A stretch of DNA of 64,000 nt from Candidatus Acutalibacter pullicola (GTDB lineage: Bacteria > Bacillota > Clostridia > Oscillospirales > Acutalibacteraceae). Positions within the stretch are counted from its first letter, which is position 1. Every line of letters starts with the position of its first letter. The DNA lies in assembly GCA_019320095.1 (NCBI GenBank), contig DWXG01000004.1, positions 11,678 through 75,677 on the forward strand. The letters are read 5' to 3'. Of this stretch, positions 29,100 through 38,898 are shown one piece after another. The position numbers were made by a program, and so were the translations under genes. Below the pieces are notes generated by a model that was given only the letters and a program-made list of their open reading frames with translations, was not told where the DNA came from and searched no databases.

Positions 29100-32000
29100 T
29101 TATTTAAAGTACTTCACACCGCTCTCGAACAGCAGCTGGTCCTTCTCGCCGGGAACATTCTTATACAGGTTTTCGCCCTTGCGCTCGGAGTGGCCCATCT
29201 TGCCCAGCACCCGGCCGTCCGGGCTGGTGATGCCTTCGATGGCGCACACAGAGCCATTGGGGTTCCACTGGATATTCCCGCTGACCTGGCCGTCCGTGTC
29301 CACATACTGGGTGGCAACCTGGCCGTTTTCGATGAGCTTCTGCAAGGCCTTGCCGTCCGCCACAAACCGGCCCTCTCCGTGGGACACGGGCACAGTGAAG
29401 ATGTCGCCGGCGTTCACGCCCGCCATCCAGGGGGACTTGACACTGGTGACCCGGGTGTACACCATGCGGCTCACGTGGCGGCCCAAGGTGTTGAAGGTCA
29501 AGGTGGGGTCGTCCTCCTTGGGCTCAGTGATCTTGCCATAGGGCACTAAACCCAGTTTGATCAGCGCCTGGAAGCCGTTGCAGATGCCCAGCATCAGGCC
29601 GTCCCGGGCCTCCAGCAAGTCGGTGACCGCCTGGGCAATGCGGGGGTTGCGGAAGGTGGTGGCAATAAACTTGCCGGAGCCTTCGGGCTCGTCGCCGCCG
29701 GAGAAGCCGCCGGGCAGCATGACAATCTGGGCCCGGCGGATGGCCTTCTCCATCCGGTCGATGGTCTCCTCGATGTCGGAGACGGACAGGTTCTTCACCA
29801 CCAGGATCTCCGTCTCGGCGCCGGCCTTTTCAAAGGCCCGGGCGGAGTCGATCTCACAGTTGGTGCCGGGGAAGGCGGGAATGAACACCCGAGGCCGGGC
29901 TACCTTGATGGCCGGGGCCTTGTGCTCCCGCTTCTCCCACAGGGGCACGTCCTTGGAGACCGGCACGGAATGGGCGTGGTTGGGGAAGATGTTCTCCAGA
30001 GTGCCCATCCAGGCCTGGCACAGCTCCTCCAGGGAGATGCGCTGGCCGTTCAGCTTCACATCCTCCTTGCTGGTGGTGTGGCCCAGGGGGATCACCGTCA
30101 GCGCCGGGTCGGTGGACAAGTCTGCCTCGCTGGAAAGTTCCACCACCAAGGCGCCCTCCTGGGGAGCGTACAAGGTCTCTTTGGACAGGCCCTCCCCAAA
30201 GCGGAAGCCAATCTTGGCCCCAAAACACATGCGCAGCACCGCAGCCGCAGCGCCGCCCTCTCGGACTACGCCGGCGGAGACAATGTCCCCGCACTCCATG
30301 TGCAGCAGCACGGCCCGGTAATAGGCCTTCAGGGCCTCCCAATCGGGCATGCCGTCCTGGTCCTCCGGAATGGGCAGCAGCACAAAGGAGGAGCCGGGCT
30401 TCTTGGCGCAGGCAAACAGGGTTTTGCTGGCCTTGGTCATGGACACGGCAAAGCTCACCAAGGTGGGGGGCACATCCAGCTGCTCAAAGGAGCCGGACAT
30501 GCTGTCCTTTCCGCCGATGGAGGGAATGCCCATGCCCAACTGGGCTTCCAAAGCGCCCAGCAGGGCGGCGGCGGGCTTGCCCCAGCGGGTGGGCACGTCG
30601 TGGAGCCGCTCAAAATACTCCTGGAAAGTGAGCCGGGCCTGCAGAGGATTGGCCCCCACGGCCGCCAGCTTGGAAAGGCTCTCCACCACGGCGTAGGCAG
30701 CGCCCTCAAAGGGGGAGTACCGGGCCACGCCGGGAATGTAGCCGTAGCTCATGGCGGTAGCGTCGTCGGTCTCCCCTTCCCGCAGGGGGATCTTGGCCAC
30801 CATGGCCTCTTCGGGGGTCAGCTGGTACTCGCCGGAGAAGGGCATCAGCACCGTGGCGGCCCCAATGCTGGCGTCAAAGCGCTCGGACAATCCCTTTTGG
30901 CAGCAGACTTCCAGCCGGGCCATATTGGCCTTCAAAGCCTCCACGCCCTCCTTGTCCCGCAGGCAGGCGGGCACAGACTTCCGGTAGCTTTCCCCTTGGG
31001 GGGCGGAGATGGTGGCGTCCGCGTTCTGGGTGACGCCGTTGGTATCCAGGAACGCCCGGGACAGGTTGACAATCTCGTCGCCCCGCCACTCCATTTTCAG
31101 CCGGGGCTCTTCCGTCACCACAGCCACCACGGTGGCGTCCAGATTTTCTTCCCGGGCCTTTTTCTGGAAGACCTCCACATCTTCGGGGGCCAGCACCACA
31201 GCCATGCGCTCCTGGCTTTCGGAGATGGCCAGTTCGGTGCCATCCAAGCCCTCGTACTTCTTGGGCACTTTGTTCAGGTCGATGGACAGGCCCGGGGCCA
31301 GCTCGCCGATGGCCACGCACACGCCGCCTGCGCCGAAGTCGTTGCAGCGCTTAATCAGGGTGGAGACGCTGGGGTCTCGGAACAGCCGCTGGAGCTTCCG
31401 CTCTGTGGGGGGGTTGCCCTTCTGCACCTCGGCGCCGCAGACCTCCACGCTCTTTTCCGTATGGGCTTTACTGGAGCCGGTGGCCCCCCCAATGCCGTCC
31501 CGGCCGGTGGCCCCGCCCAGCAGCACAATCACATCGCCCGGGACAGGTTCCTCCCGGCGCACGTTGGCCTTGGGAGAGGCGCCGATCACCGCGCCGATCT
31601 CCAGGCGCTTGGCCACATAACCGGGGTCGTACAGCTCGGTGACCTGGCCGGTGGCCAAGCCGATCTGGTTACCGTAGGAAGAGTAGCCTGCAGCAGCCCC
31701 TGTGGTGATCTTCCGGCTGGGCAGCTTGCCGTGGAGGGTCTTTTCAAAGGGAACCGTGGGATCGCCGCTGCCGGTGACCCGCATGGCCTGGTATACATAG
31801 GACCGGCCGGAGAGGGGATCGCGGATGGCGCCGCCCAGGCAGGTGGCCGCGCCGCCGAAGGGCTCGATCTCCGTGGGATGGTTGTGGGTTTCGTTTTTAA
31901 ACTGGATGAGCCAGGTCTCGGTCTTGCCGTCGATGGTGACCGGGGCCTCAATGGAGCAGGCGTTGATCTCCTCGCTCACGTCCAAATCCGGCACCAGGCC

Positions 32001-32858
32001 CTTCTTCCGCAGGTACTTGCCGCCGATGGTGGCCATGTCCATGAGAGAGACAGGCTTCTCTTTGCCCTGGTACAGCTCTTCCCGCAGGGAAATGTAATCC
32101 TGCAGGGCCTTCTCCACCGCCTGGCTGAGGGCGCCCTTCTCCACATCGATTTTGTTCAACCGGGTAAGGAAGGTGGTGTGGCGGCAGTGGTCGCTCCAAT
32201 AGGTGTCGATAACCCGCAGTTCCGTGACGGTGGGGTCCCGATGCTCCTGGTCCCGGAAGTAGTCCCGGCAGAACTCCAAATCGGACAGGGTCATGGCAAA
32301 GCCCATGGAGTCAAAGTACGCCTGCATCTGGGTCTTGTCCCAGCTGGTAAAGCCGGTGACCCGGGCCACGTCGGCAGGAACGTCCGCGCGCATCTCCAAG
32401 CTCTCGGGCTTTTCCAAAGAGGCCTGCCGGCTCTCCACCGGGTTGATCAGATACTGCTTGATCTTCTCAAACTCCTGGTCCGACACCTGGCCCTTCAGGC
32501 CGATGACTTTGGCGGTGGCCACCGCCGGGCGCTCTCCCTGGGTGAGCAGCTGCACGCACTGGGCGGCAGAATCCGCCCGCTGGTCGTATTGGCCAGGCAG
32601 ATACTCCGTGGCAAACACCCGATACTCCTCCGGCAGACAGAAGTCCTCTCCGTAGACAGCGTCCATGGTGGGCTCGGAAAGCACCGTGCGGACCGCGGCT
32701 GCAAACTGCTCCTGGGACAGCCCGGACACATCGTACCGGTTGAGGATGCGCACCTCCTCTAACCCCTGCACGCCCAGGTTCCCCTGTAAATCCGCCTGCA
32801 TCTGCTGGGCTTCGATGTTAAACCCCTGTTTTTTCTCTACAAATACCCGTGTGACCAC
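29100..32858 (-). CDS. purL: phosphoribosylformylglycinamidine synthase (fused PurL-PurQ type)
   Basis: WSDHCRH, KNETHNHPT, SESQERM, GGKDSMS, FPGTNCE, GICNGFQ, SHGEG, MGHSER; GTG start with AAAGGTGG RBS. Confidence 0.95.
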   Translation of the reverse strand: MVTRVFVEKKQGFNIEAQQMQADLQGNLGVQGLEEVRILNRYDVSGLSQEQFAAAVRTVLSEPTMDAVYGEDFCLPEEYRVFATEYLPGQYDQRADSAAQCVQLLTQGERPAVATAKVIGLKGQVSDQEFEKIKQYLINPVESRQASLEKPESLEMRADVPADVARVTGFTSWDKTQMQAYFDSMGFAMTLSDLEFCRDYFRDQEHRDPTVTELRVIDTYWSDHCRHTTFLTRLNKIDVEKGALSQAVEKALQDYISLREELYQGKEKPVSLMDMATIGGKYLRKKGLVPDLDVSEEINACSIEAPVTIDGKTETWLIQFKNETHNHPTEIEPFGGAATCLGGAIRDPLSGRSYVYQAMRVTGSGDPTVPFEKTLHGKLPSRKITTGAAAGYSSYGNQIGLATGQVTELYDPGYVAKRLEIGAVIGASPKANVRREEPVPGDVIVLLGGATGRDGIGGATGSSKAHTEKSVEVCGAEVQKGNPPTERKLQRLFRDPSVSTLIKRCNDFGAGGVCVAIGELAPGLSIDLNKVPKKYEGLDGTELAISESQERMAVVLAPEDVEVFQKKAREENLDATVVAVVTEEPRLKMEWRGDEIVNLSRAFLDTNGVTQNADATISAPQGESYRKSVPACLRDKEGVEALKANMARLEVCCQKGLSERFDASIGAATVLMPFSGEYQLTPEEAMVAKIPLREGETDDATAMSYGYIPGVARYSPFEGAAYAVVESLSKLAAVGANPLQARLTFQEYFERLHDVPTRWGKPAAALLGALEAQLGMGIPSIGGKDSMSGSFEQLDVPPTLVSFAVSMTKASKTLFACAKKPGSSFVLLPIPEDQDGMPDWEALKAYYRAVLLHMECGDIVSAGVVREGGAAAAVLRMCFGAKIGFRFGEGLSKETLYAPQEGALVVELSSEADLSTDPALTVIPLGHTTSKEDVKLNGQRISLEELCQAWMGTLENIFPNHAHSVPVSKDVPLWEKREHKAPAIKVARPRVFIPAFPGTNCEIDSARAFEKAGAETEILVVKNLSVSDIEETIDRMEKAIRRAQIVMLPGGFSGGDEPEGSGKFIATTFRNPRIAQAVTDLLEARDGLMLGICNGFQALIKLGLVPYGKITEPKEDDPTLTFNTLGRHVSRMVYTRVTSVKSPWMAGVNAGDIFTVPVSHGEGRFVADGKALQKLIENGQVATQYVDTDGQVSGNIQWNPNGSVCAIEGITSPDGRVLGKMGHSERKGENLYKNVPGEKDQLLFESGVKYFK

Positions 32859-33013
32859 TGTTGTACCACCTTTCTGTTTTTCTTGCTTTTCTACTGGACA
32901 ATCAAGAAAAGAGCAAGGCCAAAAGCCGGGCAAACCACACCCGCTGGCAAAGAAAACGGCCTCTTGTCATTACATCATTGTAACACAAGGGGCCGGTTTA
33001 ATAAAGCGGTTCT

Positions 33014-34309
33014 TCAAAGTTTTCTGTTTTTACGGATTTTCCGCAGATCCTGTGGAGATACACTGCCCATATCGCCAATGGACAGGGCCACGCTGTGCTG
33101 AATGGGCTTCCACTCAATGTTGCCGAACACCGCCGCCAACATGGCAATGCCAAAGGTGAACACAAAGAAGGGGAAGGTAAAGGAATAGCGCACCAGCTTT
33201 TTGCGGGAGCAGTAAATCCGTTTGCCCTCCGTCAGCAGCGTGAGAAGGCCCATTACATACATGGTGATGTAGGAATTGGCCATGGAGGCCAGCACCGAGG
33301 CAAAGAAGATCCCCATCTCCTGACGGGCGGAGGTGATCCCCACCACAAACATGGCCCCGTTGAGCACAATGCTGCTCACAGTCAGCACCACGGCGGGAAT
33401 GGTGCACATGAGCATGTCGTAGCAGGCAAAGCTTCCATCCGCCACCAAAGTTTTCACCATGCTGCCGCCCCGCTTGGCCACCACCTGCAGATACCCCTTC
33501 ACCCACCGGGAACGCTGCACAATGGATTGCTTAAAGCTGGTGGGCTGCTCGTCGTACACAATGGCGTCGTGACAGTAGGCGATTTTCACGCCGCGGGCGG
33601 CCAGGTCCGCCGTGAATTCCAGGTCTTCCGTCAGAAGGAAGTATTCCCATCCGCCCAATTCGTCCAACAACTCCTGGGAGAACAGGAAGCCTGTGCCGGA
33701 CACTGCACAGCTGGTGCCCAGGTAATCCCGGGGCCGGTTTAAATACTCCGACTCCCGCAGAAACCAGATGCCGTACCCGGCGGTGATCCAGTTGTCTCCA
33801 AAATTCTTTGTGTTCCGGTAGCCGGTCACCACCCGGTTTCCGTTGGAAAACACCTTGTTCATCTCGGTTATGTAGCGGGGATCCAGCAGGTTGTCCGCGT
33901 CAAAGACAAAGTACCCGTCGTAGTGCTCCTGGGGATATTCCTCCCGGATTTTTTCCAGCAGGAAGGCCAGGGCGAACCCCTTGCCCACCTGCACTTTATT
34001 CTGCCGCTGAAACACCCGCGCCCCGTGGGCAGCCGCAATCGCGGCGGTGTCGTCGGTGCAGTTGTCCGCCACCACGTAGATGTCCACCAATTCTGCGGGA
34101 TAGTCCTGGCCGCGGATGCTTTCGATCAGCTGGGCGATGACAGCGCTCTCATTGCGCGCCGCAATTAAAACCCCATACCGGCACAGCTTCCGCGCGGTGA
34201 ACACCCGCTTCTTCCGCAGCAAGCGCACCCCGGCGAATATGGCCTGATACAAGTAACATGCCACAAACAAGGCCGCCAGAATAAAGTTAATAGCCGACAA
34301 TGTTTTCAT
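33014..34309 (-). CDS. GT2 processive membrane glycosyltransferase
   Basis: AARNE, ADNCTD, FDAD, TED, QRSRW (QxxRW); N- and C-terminal TM helices; GGAGGTG RBS. Confidence 0.9.
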   Translation of the reverse strand: MKTLSAINFILAALFVACYLYQAIFAGVRLLRKKRVFTARKLCRYGVLIAARNESAVIAQLIESIRGQDYPAELVDIYVVADNCTDDTAAIAAAHGARVFQRQNKVQVGKGFALAFLLEKIREEYPQEHYDGYFVFDADNLLDPRYITEMNKVFSNGNRVVTGYRNTKNFGDNWITAGYGIWFLRESEYLNRPRDYLGTSCAVSGTGFLFSQELLDELGGWEYFLLTEDLEFTADLAARGVKIAYCHDAIVYDEQPTSFKQSIVQRSRWVKGYLQVVAKRGGSMVKTLVADGSFACYDMLMCTIPAVVLTVSSIVLNGAMFVVGITSARQEMGIFFASVLASMANSYITMYVMGLLTLLTEGKRIYCSRKKLVRYSFTFPFFVFTFGIAMLAAVFGNIEWKPIQHSVALSIGDMGSVSPQDLRKIRKNRKL

Positions 34310-34579
34310 AAATCTCACCTCCCCTACTTTCCCGTGGGAAAGTAGGCAAACGCACATATTCCTCCGGGCCGCTCCCTGCGAGCCACCCGGTTTGCCACGT
34401 AGGGAAAACCGGCTCTTGCGGAAAGCCGTCCGGCCCCCGGTTCCCTGACGCCTTTTCCCCACCCCAGCTGTAGGGCGCGCCCCCGGCCTTCCGGCCGCGG
34501 AGACGTCCGCCCTCTGGAAGGGACTATAGCAGCGTACTACAGGGAGTTCAAGCTTTTATAAACTTCCCTTTCGGGGACC
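34310..34579 (-). ncRNA. candidate structured 5' leader RNA of the GT2 gene (unclassified)
   Basis: nested helices forming a long rod with a GGAA tetraloop, further hairpins, and a perfect hairpin abutting the RBS; promoter directly upstream. Confidence 0.45.
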
Positions 34580-34582
34580 TTT

Positions 34583-34611
34583 AGTATAGCACACCTCAAG
34601 GATATTGTGAA
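34583..34611 (-). promoter_or_regulatory. sigmaA promoter for the GT2 leader
   Basis: TTCACA-17-TATACT with TGTG extended -10. Confidence 0.7.
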
Positions 34612-34702
34612 CAAATTAAGTACAACACAACGATTTTCTTAAGATTCTCTTAACAATTTTGCCAACCAAGAAAAAAATCTCGTCTATTTTGAAAATTAGG
34701 GG

Positions 34703-34731
34703 TTGCAATTTTCGGAAAAATCGTGTACACT
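34703..34731 (+). promoter_or_regulatory. sigmaA promoter for tRNA-Val
   Basis: TTGCAA-17-TACACT about 18 nt upstream of the tRNA. Confidence 0.7.
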
Positions 34732-34749
34732 AGTCAAGCAACAAAAAAT

Positions 34750-34826
34750 GGGCGCTTAGCTCAGCTGGCTAGAGCACCTGCTTGACGTGCAGGGGGTCAG
34801 CGGTTCAAGTCCGTTAGCGCCCACCA
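34750..34826 (+). tRNA. tRNA-Val(GAC)
   Basis: GGGCGCT/AGCGCCC acceptor stem, CCTGC-TT-GAC-GT-GCAGG anticodon arm, GGTTCAAGTCC T-arm, encoded CCA. Confidence 0.97.
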
Positions 34827-34857
34827 AAAAACACCACACAGTTGTGTGGTGTTTTTT
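34826..34857 (+). terminator. terminator of tRNA-Val
   Basis: AAAAACACCACACA/TGTGTGGTGTTTTTT. Confidence 0.8.
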
Positions 34858-34879
34858 ATTGCTGTCTTTAGGCTGAACA

Positions 34880-34913
34880 AACCCCCGCAAGGCCCAAAAG
34901 CCCTGCGGGGGTT
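34880..34913 (-). terminator. probable terminator of the aldo/keto reductase gene
   Basis: AACCCCCGCA/TGCGGGGGTT stem. Confidence 0.55.
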
Positions 34914-34945
34914 GCAAGCTATTTTCTTATGTATCCTAGGATGGA

Positions 34946-36064
34946 TCACTCCAACGCGGCGGCGGCTTTTTGCAGCTCCTCGATGATGGAGATGTGCTGG
35001 GGACACACACTCTCACATTGGCCGCACTGCACACAATCGCTGGCCTTCCCCTTGCCTCGCACGGCAAAGCCGTAATTGCCCTTGGCGCGCTCCAGGTTCC
35101 CATAGGTCAGGTTGGTATTCATAGCGCTGAACACGCTGGGAATGGGAATCCCCTGGGAACATCCCTTCATGCAGTACTGGCAGCTGGTGCAGGGAATGCT
35201 GGGCACGGCAGCCAGGGCTTCCCGAGCCTTGCCGATCACCTCCAGCTCCTGGGGATCGAGGGGTGCAAAGTGCTTCATGGTCTCCAAATTTTCCTCCATC
35301 TGCTCCAGGGTGGACATGCCGGAAAGCACGGTAATGACCCCTTCCAGGGACGCAGCGAACCGCAGAGCCCAAGAGGGCAGGTTCTTGTCCGGCGCAGCGT
35401 CGCGGAGCACCTTGGCCACACTTTGAGGCGGATCGGCCAACAGGCCGCCCTTGACCGGCTCCATGATGATCACCGGTTTGCCGTACTTGCGGGCCACTTC
35501 GTAGCACTTGCGGGATTGGACGCTGTCGTCCTCCCAGTCGGCGTAGTTGATCTGCAGCTGCACAAACTCCATCTCCGGGTGCTTTTGGAGGATCTCCTCC
35601 AGAACATCCGCTTTGTCGTGGAACGAAAAGCCCACATGCTTGAGCAGGCCCTTCTCCTTCATCTCCAGGGCATAGTCCCAAATGCCAAACCGGTCAAAGG
35701 CGGCCGTGCGGTCGTCGCCGCAGTTGTGCAGCAGGTAGAAATCAAAGTACCCTGCCCCGGTGCGCTGGAGCGAAGTCTGCAGCATGGCCTTGGCCTCTTC
35801 CGCTGTTGTGGGGCCCGCCCACGCAGGCAGCTTAGTGGCCAGCTGGAACTTTTCCCGGGGATAGCGGTCCACCAGGGCCGTCTTGATTGCCTCTTCCGAT
35901 TTGCCCCCGATGTACCCGTAGGCGGTGTCGAAATAGGTGAACCCAGCTTCCAAAAACTTGTCCACCATCTGCTTGGTCTGCTCCACGTCCACTTCTTCTC
36001 CCAGCATGGGCAGGCGCATCAGGCCAAACCCCAGCTTGGGGATCTCTTTTCCCAAATAGTCCAT
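34946..36064 (-). CDS. aldo/keto reductase with a C-terminal 4Fe-4S domain
   Basis: LGFGLMRLP, YFDTAYGY, LATKL, GFSFH, MEPVKGG; CTSCQYC and CVQCGQCESVCPQ. Confidence 0.9.
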   Translation of the reverse strand: MDYLGKEIPKLGFGLMRLPMLGEEVDVEQTKQMVDKFLEAGFTYFDTAYGYIGGKSEEAIKTALVDRYPREKFQLATKLPAWAGPTTAEEAKAMLQTSLQRTGAGYFDFYLLHNCGDDRTAAFDRFGIWDYALEMKEKGLLKHVGFSFHDKADVLEEILQKHPEMEFVQLQINYADWEDDSVQSRKCYEVARKYGKPVIIMEPVKGGLLADPPQSVAKVLRDAAPDKNLPSWALRFAASLEGVITVLSGMSTLEQMEENLETMKHFAPLDPQELEVIGKAREALAAVPSIPCTSCQYCMKGCSQGIPIPSVFSAMNTNLTYGNLERAKGNYGFAVRGKGKASDCVQCGQCESVCPQHISIIEELQKAAAALE

Positions 36065-36282
36065 ACAAAACCTCCCGTTGGATTGCCCCGCTTGGGGGAG
36101 AGTCCTCCAGGCACGTTCGGGACAGCAAAAGCCGCTCCCTTTCGCCTGGATCAAACCGGTTGTGCGGGCGCAGGCTCGCACAGCCTGCACGCGATGCGGC
36201 ACGGGGAAACGGCCTTCTCGTTCCGCACTGTGAACAGTATACCATAAAAAAGGAGAAATTGTAAATATTTTTTACAAGTCTT

Positions 36283-36843
36283 TCACAAATTCTTTTGCGG
36301 ATCTCTCCTGTCCTGCAGCAATTTCTGCACATCCCGGCTGGCGGAAGCAATCACCTGCACAATCTGTTCCAACCCATAGGAGCGGTTTTCTTCCAGGGCG
36401 TAATAGCCCCCGTAAATCGCGTAACTCAAGGCAATGTTGGCCACGGGATCCTCCCGCAGGTCCGGCCGCCGTGCGAAGGCCAGCTCCTTGACGCCCCGCT
36501 GGATCTTTTGCACCAGGCCGGCTCCCCGTCCGTCGGAAAACAGCACGTGGAGCAGGGCGTCCTGGGAGCAATATGCCAAAAAGAGCTCCCGGGTAAACCG
36601 CTCCGGATTGTCAAACAGGTCCTCCGGGTGGGTCAGGTTTTCCAGCACCGAGTCCAGCACCTGGTTTTCCAAAGCATCGGACAAGGCGTACAGGTCCTCA
36701 TAGTGGTCGTAAAAGGTGGACTTGTGAATTTCCGCCCGCTGGCACAATTCCTTCACCGTGATTCTCTCCAGGGGCTTCTTGGCCCGCAGCTCCAGAAAAG
36801 CGCTGCGAATGGCACGTTCCGTTTTCGCAGTACGCAGGTCCAT
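36283..36843 (-). CDS. TetR/AcrR family regulator
   Basis: DLR..KT..AI..AF, ITVKELC.RAEIHKSTFY.HY HTH. Confidence 0.9.
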   Translation of the reverse strand: MDLRTAKTERAIRSAFLELRAKKPLERITVKELCQRAEIHKSTFYDHYEDLYALSDALENQVLDSVLENLTHPEDLFDNPERFTRELFLAYCSQDALLHVLFSDGRGAGLVQKIQRGVKELAFARRPDLREDPVANIALSYAIYGGYYALEENRSYGLEQIVQVIASASRDVQKLLQDRRDPQKNL

Positions 36844-37014
36844 AGGTTCTCCTTTCCCCGACGATTTTTTCAAAGGGTCGTTTACGCAACCTTTTCCGGA
36901 AACCGCCGGTGGCGGGGACCTCCCCCGCCCTGTATACTCGATTGTAGCAGGAAAACCGACGGTTGTCCAGAAACTTTCCCCGGTTTTCCCACGGCGGTCA
37001 GGAAAGGAGTTTAT

Positions 37015-38820
37015 ATGGACGTATACAGTTTTTACACAGGAACCTGCTTTGAGGCACACCGCTTTTTGGGAGGCCATTGGCAGGGAACGGGGGCTGTGTT
37101 CCGCACTTTCGCCCCCAGCGCCGCAGGGGTATCCCTGCTGGCGGAATGGGACGGCTGGCAGGATCGGCCCATGAACCGGGTGTTGGACGGAAACTTCTGG
37201 GAACTCTCCAGCGAAAACGCCGTGCCAGGCCAGCGGTACAAATTCCGGATTTGGAAGCTGGACGGCAGCTTCACCGACCACTGTGACCCCTACGGCTTTT
37301 TTATGGAAAAGCGGCCCCACACAGCCTCTATTCTCTGTGGGCCGGAACAGCGGCATCTGTTTCAAGACCAAGCGTGGATGCGTTCCCGCACCACCTGTCT
37401 GACCCGGCCCCTGCACATCTACGAAGTGCACGCCGGATCCTGGAAAAAGCCGGGGTCCCAGGCGGATGACTGGTACGATTGGGAGCAGTTGGGGGACAGG
37501 CTGATCCCCTATGTGCAGGAGCTGGGCTGCAACTATGTGGAGTTTCTCCCCCTCAGCGAACATCCCAGCGACGAATCCTGGGGATATCAAAACACAGGTT
37601 TTTTCAGCCCTACCTCTCGCTACGGCACCCCGCGCCAGCTCAAGCAGTTTATAGACCGGTGCCATCAAGCGGGAATCGGCGTGCTGCTGGATTTTGTTCC
37701 CGCACACTTTGCGGTGGACGACTACGCCCTGTGGCAGTACGATGGCACCCCTCTGTATGAGTATCCCCACAGCGACGTGGGGGTCAGCGAGTGGGGCAGC
37801 TGCAACTTTATGCACTCCCGGGGCGAGGTGCGCAGCTTTCTGCAATCCGCCGCCCACTACTGGCTGGAGGAGTTCCACTTTGACGGCCTGCGTCTGGACG
37901 CGGTGAGCCGGCTGCTCTACTGGCAGGGAGACCCGGCCCGGGGAGAAAATCAAAACGGCATCCGCTTTCTTCAAGGGCTGACCCAAGGCCTGAAAGCCCT
38001 GCACCCCACCGCCCTTTTGGCGGCGGAGGATTCCACCATCCGGCCTGGAACCACCCGGCCTGTGGCAGAGGGCGGCCTGGGGTTCGACTACAAGTGGGAC
38101 CTGGGGTGGATGCACGACAGCCTGGGCTTTTTCCAATCCCCGCCCGAGGAGCGGGCGGAAACCTACGACCGGCTTTCCCACTCCCTGACATATTTTTACG
38201 AAGAGCGCTACCTGCTCCCTCTTTCCCACGATGAGGTGGTCCACGGCAAGGCCACGGTGGCCCAGAAGATGTACGGGGACTATGAGGGAAAATTCCCCCA
38301 AGCCCGTGCCCTATACCTGTGGATGATGGCCCATCCGGGAAAGAAACTCAATTTTATGGGCTTTGAAATCGCCCAGCTCCGAGAGTGGGAGGAAAAGCGC
38401 CAGCAGGACTGGGACCTGCGAAAATTCCCCATCCACGACGGATTCTTCCGCTTCGTGCAGACACTGAACCAGGTGTACCTGCGCTCTCCGGCCCTGTGGA
38501 AGGAGGACTACCAACCCCAAGGGTTCCGCTGGCTGTTCTGCCAAAAGAATCCCCACTGCCTCTACGCATGGGAGCGCCAAGGCGGTGGGCAGCGGATCGT
38601 GGCCCTGCTTTGCCTCGGAGGCCAAGGGCCGGCCACCCTCTCCCTGCCCCTCCCCCAGGCGCAACGGCTCACCCTGCTGCTGGCCACAGATGAACTGCCG
38701 TTTGGCGGGGACCGCCCCTGGAAAGAGCGGGTTCTGGAGCCCGGCCCCTCTCTGGAATTCTCCTTCACTCTAGAGCCCCAGTCGGGCCAGCTTTGGCTGG
38801 TGGAGGAAACCGCCCTTTGA
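37015..38820 (+). CDS. glgB: 1,4-alpha-glucan branching enzyme (GH13)
   Basis: IYEVH.GSW, SWGYQ, DFVPAHF, FDGLRLDAV, AEDST, LSHDEVVHGK, HPGKKL.FMG. Confidence 0.93.
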   Translation: MDVYSFYTGTCFEAHRFLGGHWQGTGAVFRTFAPSAAGVSLLAEWDGWQDRPMNRVLDGNFWELSSENAVPGQRYKFRIWKLDGSFTDHCDPYGFFMEKRPHTASILCGPEQRHLFQDQAWMRSRTTCLTRPLHIYEVHAGSWKKPGSQADDWYDWEQLGDRLIPYVQELGCNYVEFLPLSEHPSDESWGYQNTGFFSPTSRYGTPRQLKQFIDRCHQAGIGVLLDFVPAHFAVDDYALWQYDGTPLYEYPHSDVGVSEWGSCNFMHSRGEVRSFLQSAAHYWLEEFHFDGLRLDAVSRLLYWQGDPARGENQNGIRFLQGLTQGLKALHPTALLAAEDSTIRPGTTRPVAEGGLGFDYKWDLGWMHDSLGFFQSPPEERAETYDRLSHSLTYFYEERYLLPLSHDEVVHGKATVAQKMYGDYEGKFPQARALYLWMMAHPGKKLNFMGFEIAQLREWEEKRQQDWDLRKFPIHDGFFRFVQTLNQVYLRSPALWKEDYQPQGFRWLFCQKNPHCLYAWERQGGGQRIVALLCLGGQGPATLSLPLPQAQRLTLLLATDELPFGGDRPWKERVLEPGPSLEFSFTLEPQSGQLWLVEETAL

Positions 38821-38898
38821 CATTCCCCCGTGGCCGTGGTACCATGGGACAAAACGGGGCGCACGTTTTGGAAAGCGCCGGAGAGGATGGATGGTGCA

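Noticed and set aside
32859-33013. Purine, ZTP or PRPP riboswitch upstream of purL
   Set aside because: There is a weak hairpin with a T-rich tail but no recognisable aptamer consensus
34310-34579. 6S RNA, SRP RNA or a canonical riboswitch (c-di-GMP, c-di-AMP, T-box)
   Set aside because: It is rod-like with a GGAA loop but lacks the SRP CAGG/AGCAG loop and the signature sequences I know for the others; kept as unclassified
36283-38820. Extended 672-aa TetR and 841-aa GlgB ORFs suggesting fusions or a long overlap
   Set aside because: True starts with an RBS lie at 36843 and 37015; the upstream extensions are the antisense of the neighbouring gene
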